A DNA stretch of 56,809 nt from Candidatus Bathyarchaeia archaeon (GTDB taxonomy: Archaea; Thermoproteota; Bathyarchaeia; Bathyarchaeales; Bathycorpusculaceae). The position numbers were made by a program, and so were the translations under genes. The stretch covers positions 1 through 56,809 of the forward strand of contig JBEKGO010000010.1 of assembly GCA_050012755.1 (NCBI GenBank). Reading direction: 5' to 3'. The notes beneath the pieces are model-generated. The model did not search any database. It was not told the origin of the DNA and saw only the letters and a list, made by a program, of their open reading frames with translations. This document shows positions 20,280-27,898 of the stretch, piece after piece; the stretch's first letter is position 1, and every line of letters starts with the position of its first letter.

Positions 20280-21425
20280 TTGGTAGAAGTTGAAAGAGGG
20301 TTGGGAATATCAAATGCCGATGCAGGAGCTATATCGGCGACCTACGGGTTCCTTTTCATTATTAGTGCTCTTTTATGGGGAATATTGTCTGATAGAATAG
20401 GGTTGAGGAAATCGTTAACGATAGCTTGCCTAATCCTATCGCTTGGGACACTTGGTATGGGAACAATAAGTTCAACTGTCACAGGGATGATATTTTATTC
20501 CTTTATCGGATTCGCGGCTGGAGCACCAATAACTCTAAGTGCGATGCTGACCGGGGCATGGTTTGATAGACGTAGAAGAGGGATAGCACAAAGTTACATC
20601 ACTTGCACTGATACTCTTTGGATGGCGATGTTGGGGTTAACAGTGCCAACAATCATGCTTACTTATGGCTGGAGAGATGTTTGGTACATTTTAGGCATAG
20701 TCAGTCTTTGCTTATCTGGCATAGTATACGCTCTCATAAGAAATAATCCAAAAGAAAAAGGCCTATTGCCCTGTGGAACACCATTAGGAGCGACAGCGAA
20801 TACCACCGAATCAATTCCACAAATAGCTCCTCAAAAACAAGTGAAGAGGAAAGATGTACTTAAAATGGGAATAACATGGCACCTAGGCACAGTGTTCATT
20901 TTGACAGTTTTCATACTTACAATACCCACGTTTTTTATTGTCACTTACCTCATAACGGAAGTTGGACTGACGACGGTTGAAGCCGGTGGCGCATTCAGTA
21001 TTTTTTTGCTATCAATGATGGTTGGCGGTTACGTGTGGGGTTTTGTTTCCGATCGTGTGCCAAGAAAATATGTTGTATCGACTTGTTGCATTTTGTACGC
21101 TGTATTTATGCTAGCCCTTGTAAGCTTTGGGAAGGAACCAGCTGTTTGCTATGTTATAATTGGTGCAATGGGCTTTGCAATAGGAATCTCTGGAGTGAAC
21201 TTTGCAATGATTTCAGATTATTTTCCCTTGCAAGTTATAGGAACTGCATCAGGATTAGTAAATGCCATAAGCGGAATAGGCTTCATACTTGGGCCTTTAG
21301 TCGCAGGAGATATAGCTACAGCAACTGGAAGTTTTATTCCAGCCTTCCAATTAGCTGCGGCAGTGGCACTTGTGTTGGCAGCAGTGTCACTAGCATTAAG
21401 ACAACCAACAAAGCCCTCAATTTAA
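20280..21425 (+). CDS. MFS transporter (true N-terminus probably lies upstream)
   Basis: Motif A-like GILSDRIGLRK and GFVSDRVPRK; about 11 TM helices in the ORF; frame is open upstream to 20136 and encodes RIHYGW. Confidence 0.88.
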   Translation: MVEVERGLGISNADAGAISATYGFLFIISALLWGILSDRIGLRKSLTIACLILSLGTLGMGTISSTVTGMIFYSFIGFAAGAPITLSAMLTGAWFDRRRRGIAQSYITCTDTLWMAMLGLTVPTIMLTYGWRDVWYILGIVSLCLSGIVYALIRNNPKEKGLLPCGTPLGATANTTESIPQIAPQKQVKRKDVLKMGITWHLGTVFILTVFILTIPTFFIVTYLITEVGLTTVEAGGAFSIFLLSMMVGGYVWGFVSDRVPRKYVVSTCCILYAVFMLALVSFGKEPAVCYVIIGAMGFAIGISGVNFAMISDYFPLQVIGTASGLVNAISGIGFILGPLVAGDIATATGSFIPAFQLAAAVALVLAAVSLALRQPTKPSI

Positions 21426-21583
21426 TGACAGGCAATGAAACAAACAAGGCAGCATTCTGTTGCCAGTAGTTCTAGTGGCAGTACAAAACATGTCGCTTAA
21501 GCAAGATAGCTAGTTTAGACATTCTTAACGTAAACTTTATTATGTTATCAAACCGTTTAAAACTGCAATCAAGTGAAATTGCC

Positions 21584-22888
21584 ATGACAAAAGTCTCAGA
21601 GCTACAAAAAGACAAGGCAGAAGCTTACGCGTCACGAGAAAACTGGCCACCCTACACTTACAGGGACTATCCAAGCATAGAACCAGAAACCTACAAAGCC
21701 TTCATGAACTTTCTAAATACTGAGAACAAATCAGGCAGATTAATGGAACTCCAGCCTTGGATTTCTGTTTGCGATTCAAGATGTGCTTTCTGCTATTTCC
21801 CAACTACCGCCACAAGCAAGGTAAAGATAGAACCATACCTTGAACTCCTCAAAAAAGAATTGACGATGTATGCTAAAACCAAATATGTGAAAACAAGCGT
21901 TTTTGATGAAATAGTTTTGGGCGGTGGAACGCCGAGTGTCTTGGCTGCTGAGCAGATGATTGACTTAATAGATTTCTGCAAAGCAAACTTCAACATTAAT
22001 AAGGAATACTTCATCAAGGTTACCGGTTCCTCAAAGACATTAGCGCTCCCAAAAATCGACAAACTGGCCAAATATGGGGTGTACCAGATGGACATGGGCG
22101 CTCAAACTTTTGACGACAAACTGAGAAAAAATCTATGTTTACCTGACAGTGCCGCAGACGTTGAAAAAGCCGTTCGGCATGCTCGAAAACTCGACCTTTG
22201 CGTATGTGTGGATTTAATGTATAACCTTCCAGGACAAACAATGGAAAGCTGGATCAGCACACTAAAGAAGGCAATTGAACTCGACGTCGAGATTGACGCC
22301 TACTCGTTACATGTGGATCCAGGCACTACACTTGAAAAGATGATTAAAACAGGGGTTTCACCTCCGCCAGGTGATGCCGAATATGAAAAGGAAATGTACC
22401 TAACAGCTTACAAAATGTTGACTGGCGCTGGCTACAAGGCAGTAGGTCACGACCGCTACAGTCGTGTTGAATGGCATATGCGTGAGAACTGTTTGAACGG
22501 TTGGCCATGGGGCGGTATATTGACAACTGGCGCTGGCTGTTTTATGGGGTACCTGCAGCAGTTTTCATATTCTAACCTTGAAAACATAAACGATTACATG
22601 AACGCAGTGAAGGATGGAAAACTGCCCATTAACAGGCTTTCTGAATCTACAAATGAAGACATGATGAGAAGAACAATGACAAGGCTATACCTACGACTAC
22701 CTGTTAGCAAAGAGGAATTTATGCAAAAATTCGGAACCACACCCGAAAAAGTGTTTCCAAAGCAACTACAAAAACTAAAAGATAAAGGATTAATTGAAAT
22801 CGACGATAAAGAGGTAAGAATAACCAAGTTGGGCGAAGTTTGGAAAGGCAACATCGCTTGGGAATTCGCACCTAACCAAGTAAAATAA
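21584..22888 (+). CDS. HemN-like (class C) radical SAM protein
   Basis: CDSRCAFC, LGGGTPS, MGAQTFDD, DLMYNLPGQT and HemN_C-like terminus (VRITKLG). ATG 21584 lies downstream of a TATA-like aaactttattat. Confidence 0.85.
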   Translation: MTKVSELQKDKAEAYASRENWPPYTYRDYPSIEPETYKAFMNFLNTENKSGRLMELQPWISVCDSRCAFCYFPTTATSKVKIEPYLELLKKELTMYAKTKYVKTSVFDEIVLGGGTPSVLAAEQMIDLIDFCKANFNINKEYFIKVTGSSKTLALPKIDKLAKYGVYQMDMGAQTFDDKLRKNLCLPDSAADVEKAVRHARKLDLCVCVDLMYNLPGQTMESWISTLKKAIELDVEIDAYSLHVDPGTTLEKMIKTGVSPPPGDAEYEKEMYLTAYKMLTGAGYKAVGHDRYSRVEWHMRENCLNGWPWGGILTTGAGCFMGYLQQFSYSNLENINDYMNAVKDGKLPINRLSESTNEDMMRRTMTRLYLRLPVSKEEFMQKFGTTPEKVFPKQLQKLKDKGLIEIDDKEVRITKLGEVWKGNIAWEFAPNQVK

Positions 22889-22933
22889 TTTTTTGTTTTT
22901 AATTTTAAATTAAAAAAGAAAAGAAAATGGGAT

Positions 22934-23608
22934 TTACTTGTGCCGCATCGGCTGTATACCATACCAAGTCATTACTTTTGCCAGAATAGGCACTATTACT
23001 CCTAAAGCAATGCTCGGGATGAAGGCTAGCGTGAATCCGTACGCAATAGAGCCTGCGGTAACAGCTCCTGATGAGGTTAACCAAAGGTTATGAGCCATAG
23101 TTCGTGCTGGCGTGAGGGAATAATTGTAGTTCATGAATAATTGAATGACTGCAGTAATTATTGCCGCCGTTAAGCCTGCACCTAGCATTCGTTTGAAATT
23201 TGTAGATCCGTTGTTCAGTGCTCCAGCCATGTAACCGATTATAACAGCCATAACGAGATACCAAAGCATGCTTAGATCGCCGAAAAAGTTTTGTGGCGGA
23301 CTATAAGATGCATAGTACCCTGTAAACAACCCTGCGCTGGCTACGTAATAGATACCACCCATGATAAAGCCAGCCGCACCACCAGCCCATTTATTCCAGA
23401 GTAAACCTAGCACCAGTGGAATGCCAAGAACGATCATTTGAGCAAAGCCAGAGGTCAGAATAACAGCGATAGTATTAGAAGCTCCGAGTACATGATAAGA
23501 TCCGCTTACGTTGACATAAACCGCAAGAACAAAGATCAGTAGTACGAGAATTAATGGTATGATTATGCCGTTGAATATGTCCATCAGTTTAAATTTTTCT
23601 GTTTCCAA
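22934..23608 (-). CDS. Hypothetical integral membrane protein (about 6 TM helices)
   Basis: 224-aa highly hydrophobic ORF; Gly-rich WNKWAGGAAGFIMGG helix. Confidence 0.75.
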   Translation of the reverse strand: METEKFKLMDIFNGIIIPLILVLLIFVLAVYVNVSGSYHVLGASNTIAVILTSGFAQMIVLGIPLVLGLLWNKWAGGAAGFIMGGIYYVASAGLFTGYYASYSPPQNFFGDLSMLWYLVMAVIIGYMAGALNNGSTNFKRMLGAGLTAAIITAVIQLFMNYNYSLTPARTMAHNLWLTSSGAVTAGSIAYGFTLAFIPSIALGVIVPILAKVMTWYGIQPMRHK

Positions 23609-23782
23609 TTTTTATCCCTTGACTTATTTACGTGGTGGCAAGTTTATAAGCTTAATGCTTGAAAGCTTGAACAGCAAATTATGAGGTAGAGAATGCTGGA
23701 ACTAGTTATTCTTGCAAAGGAAATTTTTGAAATCGTTGTTAATAAAAATAAAAAAGAAAAAGATGAGGGATTTATTTTTTGT

Positions 23783-25939
23783 TTATGCGTTTTCTTCTGC
23801 GCGTTTCTTTTTGTTGATAGCTAACTTAGCCACTTCTTCTTTCTTTACTTCTCCTTTAGCTAAGTCCAAATTCTCTACCAGTTTTGCACCGACATCTGAC
23901 CGCACTATTACAGTTGAGCGCCCATCTTCGCTACCGACTGATCCAACAGATACATCAGCGTACTTTGAAGCGAAATCAGGACAGCTTAGACATCCTTTTT
24001 CTACAGCCGCGCTTAATTCTTTGACTGGCACTGAGCTTTCTTTTCCATCGATGACCACAATGAATTTGCCTTTGCGGATCTGAGTTTTCTCTGCCTTGTC
24101 TAGGTCAACGTTCAGCAAGCGTTGTACTTCTGATTTGAGGTCTCTGTAATTGAAGTCTTCGTAGCAGAACAAACCTATCATAGTTAATTCTAGATCTGGG
24201 CAGTCGCTTAACATCTGCATCTGGATTCTTCGTGCTGCGCGAATTTCGCAGGGTGTGCCGACAATAGCTATTTTTCGTTTGCCTTTTGCTATTAATTCGC
24301 CTAGCTTTGACATCATTCGAACTCTGACATATTTGGTGCCGCTGGCTTTGACTATGTCTTCGACGTTTTCAGCGACGTACGATTCAGCTAGATAGCCTTG
24401 GCTTTTTCGGACTACGATTGCCGCATCAAATAAGCCTTTTTGCATGCCTGAAACTAGCAACGCTGTTACTACTCCACCGTCTTGTCCGCTGTAGGAGCTT
24501 TTAGCCGAGAAAATCTCTTTATAGACCCCGAAGTTTTCGTCTGGTGTTCCGCTGAGGAATGTCTGCTCTATGACTTGCGCATCTTCTTCATTTAATGGAT
24601 AGTTGAGTATGTTACTCTTAAGATCAATTCTTGCTGGGCAAACATAGTTGCAGCTTCCACATCCGGCACAGAAGTCTGCGTCAAGCGCCATTAGCTCTTT
24701 TATGTTGTTTTTGTCACGTGCCTGCTTAATCAATATTGGACTTAGTCTATTGCAGCAAATACGCATGCAAGCGCCGCATCTGATGCATGGTGTTGTTTTT
24801 ACTGTTTCGAAAACTTTGCCTTTAGGAAGTTTTGGTTCTTTTCCGCCTTCCATGGGTTTGAGTTTTCCAACTTTATCAAGTGCAGGTACAGTCAGGTTCA
24901 TAATGATTAACGCGACAAAGGAGGCTCCGAAGAACTGTAAGTAAGTTTGCATTAGTACAGTTATGATTGCCAAGCCTGTTCCGAAAATTGCCTGCCCTGT
25001 GTATGTTAATGGTGTGGTTGCAGGATCAGTTGCCATAAAGAACGCCAAGAATATTGAGCTTCCGATGAACAACTCGAACAAGAGTCTTGTTGTGAGGTCT
25101 GCGTCTCCGTAAGCAAAGGCTAAGATCAATGACATTATTGCGACAACTACAAGGTAGCTAACTGTAATTCTCCATTTGACGTATTTGCGTGCTATGGCAA
25201 AGAAGGCTATGCCAACTATTATGACTGCGATAGCTGAGGCGCCGCCTGGCCAGCCGTGGAACTTGTCTAGAAGCATTGCCTGAAGCAGGTTATTTGTCGT
25301 TGTGCTAGGTGCCTTGAGGTTGGAGTTAGAGAAGCAGTTGATTATATAGGAACCAAATCCCGGATACCCTTTACCTCCGTTGCCATTGACAGCATTTGCT
25401 AATCCGATGGGACCTGATAGTGAAGGGACTTGAAGTACAGAGGTTTTTAGGTGGTCTAACGCTATAAGTACCGTACCAAGGAAGGGAATCATTACGACGA
25501 ATTTTGCAGCCGCAGCAGGATTCACGTATTTTCTGCCCAAGACGCCCACGAGTTTTTTGAAAACCACCAAGCCAATAATGCTAATCAATGCAACATACAG
25601 GAAACAGTCAGGTGCTTCTAAAGGAAGTACTTTATCCATAGCCATAGTAGGAATGCCGAGTGAGTAGGAGTCAGTGACTATTAAGCCAAAAACTGCTGCA
25701 GACATTATATTAAGTGGGCTGTCAGCGGCGACTTTGGAAAGCAGAACATCAAATCCTACGGCGAGGCCGACGGCGATTATGGCGTTTATACCTAGAGTAA
25801 GACCAAGATTCCAGCCTGAAGGGGTTTTTTCAGCAGACCATATAACTGCTGATATAACTGTGAGTGCAACAAGCGCTCCAAATGTATATGTCATTAGTTT
25901 ATCTTTAGTCATCGATGAATATTCTTTCGGTTTAGACAT
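23783..25939 (-). CDS. Fusion protein: RnfD/NqrB-like membrane domain + 2[4Fe-4S] dicluster + coenzyme F420 hydrogenase/dehydrogenase beta (FrhB) domain
   Basis: RnfD-like motifs (KKLVGVLGRKYVNPAAAAK, FLAFFMATDPATTP, LIIMNLTVPALD); CIRCGACMRIC and CAGCGSCNYVCP; FrhB motifs GQDGGVVTALL, SGTKY, VGTPC, IGLFC, GCLSCPDF, ADVSVGSVGS. Confidence 0.88.
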   Translation of the reverse strand: MSKPKEYSSMTKDKLMTYTFGALVALTVISAVIWSAEKTPSGWNLGLTLGINAIIAVGLAVGFDVLLSKVAADSPLNIMSAAVFGLIVTDSYSLGIPTMAMDKVLPLEAPDCFLYVALISIIGLVVFKKLVGVLGRKYVNPAAAAKFVVMIPFLGTVLIALDHLKTSVLQVPSLSGPIGLANAVNGNGGKGYPGFGSYIINCFSNSNLKAPSTTTNNLLQAMLLDKFHGWPGGASAIAVIIVGIAFFAIARKYVKWRITVSYLVVVAIMSLILAFAYGDADLTTRLLFELFIGSSIFLAFFMATDPATTPLTYTGQAIFGTGLAIITVLMQTYLQFFGASFVALIIMNLTVPALDKVGKLKPMEGGKEPKLPKGKVFETVKTTPCIRCGACMRICCNRLSPILIKQARDKNNIKELMALDADFCAGCGSCNYVCPARIDLKSNILNYPLNEEDAQVIEQTFLSGTPDENFGVYKEIFSAKSSYSGQDGGVVTALLVSGMQKGLFDAAIVVRKSQGYLAESYVAENVEDIVKASGTKYVRVRMMSKLGELIAKGKRKIAIVGTPCEIRAARRIQMQMLSDCPDLELTMIGLFCYEDFNYRDLKSEVQRLLNVDLDKAEKTQIRKGKFIVVIDGKESSVPVKELSAAVEKGCLSCPDFASKYADVSVGSVGSEDGRSTVIVRSDVGAKLVENLDLAKGEVKKEEVAKLAINKKKRAEENA

Positions 25940-26150
25940 TTTATAATCTCCTTAATTTCTGCCTTCAATTTAGGGCTAGTTGGTTTTATAAGACTTTCCT
26001 AAAACGTAAAGGCATGTTCTATATTTACCATAGAAGATACAGGAATTAAAAAAATCTTAACTTTTTTACTTCCATACCAGAAATCATAACATTTTAAGCA
26101 AAGCTAATAGCCATAAGATATCAAAGTCAACTCGTAAGTGAATCCTTAAC

Positions 26151-26606
26151 ATGGCAAAGGCAAATAATGATGAACTTGAAGGAACTACATTAAACGTTTA
26201 TTTGCACGTGGTAAAAAAGGGTAAACCAGTTGGCCCCAGAGATGTCATGAAAGCTTTAGACCTAAGTAGCCCAAGCGTAGCCTACAGACACTTACAGAAA
26301 CTGGAAGACCTTGGCTATCTACAAAAAAATGATTATGGCGAATACATAGCAAAAAACAAAGCTCATATAAGAGGTTACTTTTGGCTTGGTCGACGCCTAC
26401 TACCAGCGATGTGGCGTTACTCAATAGTTTTCCTAGTCATTCTAATAGTGGAGCTTTATGTTCTTGCAGTGCATTTCCATGTTGAGACTTATGAGTTCAA
26501 AGTTTTCTTCCTGTTACTGATGCTAATAACCGGTTTAGCATTAGTTATTTTTACCATTGAGGGTGTACTTCAAAATAAACGTAAACGAAGCAGTAAAACT
26601 GAATAA
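26151..26606 (+). CDS. Winged-HTH transcriptional regulator with two C-terminal transmembrane helices
   Basis: KPVGPRDVMKALDLSSPSVAYRHLQKLEDLG followed by two TM helices; paralog of 5498..5953. Confidence 0.75.
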   Translation: MAKANNDELEGTTLNVYLHVVKKGKPVGPRDVMKALDLSSPSVAYRHLQKLEDLGYLQKNDYGEYIAKNKAHIRGYFWLGRRLLPAMWRYSIVFLVILIVELYVLAVHFHVETYEFKVFFLLLMLITGLALVIFTIEGVLQNKRKRSSKTE

Positions 26607-26759
26607 GAACACTCAAAGGAGATTGCAAATTTAGGCATCGGCAGAAAAAAATAACAATTCTATATTGGACAAGTTTCCTCTCTTCAACAAGAAACAGAAA
26701 ATCGTTCTTTAGGAGCAAGTTTTATATCGCATCGGCGATTTTAATTTCACTCGGGATGT

Positions 26760-27842
26760 TTGATGGCTCCAAATAAGGCACCTCTATACATGGTTGTTTG
26801 GCGGTGCACAAGAAACTGTGTCGGTAATTGCATGTACTGCAGTTACACAAAAGAATATGCTAAAGACCAGGAACTAAGCACCAAAGAAGCAAAAAAAATG
26901 GTAGACGAAATTTACAACTTTGGTGCAGAATGGTTTGGGATTAGTGGCGGAGAACCTCTAGTTCGATCTGATGTTTTTGATGTTATTGCTTATGCTGAAA
27001 AAGAGTACGGTATGAAAGTTAGCCTCATCACAAGCGGTTTTGCGTGGGACGAAGAACGATTCGAGAAACTGCACAAATATGAAGTTCATACAGCCATCAG
27101 CATTGATGGAAACAAGGAATCAAATGAGATTATTCGACGCAAAGGTAGCTACGACAAAGCATTAAATGCTATGAAGAAACTTGGCAGCGTCGGATTACTT
27201 GATTGCTTAGTCACAACTATGACCAAGTACAACATTAAACATATGGCTCACCCAGCGGCACTTGCAGAGGAATACAAAGCACGCATGGTTGTTTATCACA
27301 ACCTTGTTCCCGTCGGAAGGGCAGGAAGCAACATGCCTGATTTAGCACCAACACCTGAACAATACGAGGAGGCTTTCAACGAGATTTATGACATTCAACG
27401 CAAATTGTATGGCAAAGTTAAAGTCAACGTTTACTCGCCCTTCTACGCCCGAATTGTACGTCAGAAAAACCCAGTGGATTTCTGGGATTGGTACCACGAA
27501 GGCTATCTTGGCAGATGTACCATCGGCGGCAACTACATCGGCATAACTGAAAACGGCGACTACCGAAGCTGCGGTTTCCATGAAGGCTACCGCATAGGCA
27601 ACGTAAAAGATAAACACTTATCCACTGCTTGGGACGAACTCCAACATAGCGAACTGCACCTGAAATTGCGGGACAAGAGCAACATTAAAGGCAGATGTGG
27701 AGTTTGCGAGTACCGAGAAATCTGCGGAGGATGCCGGACACGCGCTGAATACTATACAGGCGACTTATTCGAGTCAGATCCAGCTTGCAACTACATTCCA
27801 AAAATAATGCTGGAAAACCCCAAATTATTCAAGCAACAATAG
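26760..27842 (+). CDS. Radical SAM/SPASM domain protein (NirJ/AhbC/AhbD-like), paralog of 12276..13349
   Basis: CVGNCMYC, SGGEPLVR, NLVPVGRA, CGVCEYREICGGCR...ESDPAC. Confidence 0.88.
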   Translation: MMAPNKAPLYMVVWRCTRNCVGNCMYCSYTKEYAKDQELSTKEAKKMVDEIYNFGAEWFGISGGEPLVRSDVFDVIAYAEKEYGMKVSLITSGFAWDEERFEKLHKYEVHTAISIDGNKESNEIIRRKGSYDKALNAMKKLGSVGLLDCLVTTMTKYNIKHMAHPAALAEEYKARMVVYHNLVPVGRAGSNMPDLAPTPEQYEEAFNEIYDIQRKLYGKVKVNVYSPFYARIVRQKNPVDFWDWYHEGYLGRCTIGGNYIGITENGDYRSCGFHEGYRIGNVKDKHLSTAWDELQHSELHLKLRDKSNIKGRCGVCEYREICGGCRTRAEYYTGDLFESDPACNYIPKIMLENPKLFKQQ

Positions 27843-27898
27843 TTTTTTTGTTTCCTTCCATTTTCCACATTTTCGCAAAATAAATCGAAATTTCTAGT

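Noticed and set aside
26805-26840. Apparent four-Cys motif CTRNCVGNCMYC in the second SPASM enzyme
   Set aside because: The first Cys occupies a variable position (Ala in the paralog); the canonical CxxxCxxC is intact.
12276-27842. Calling the SPASM paralogs ahbC/ahbD or pqqE, and the HemN-like gene hemN
   Set aside because: No ahbA/B, pqqA-D or other heme pathway genes are in the window, and motifs alone do not resolve the subfamily.
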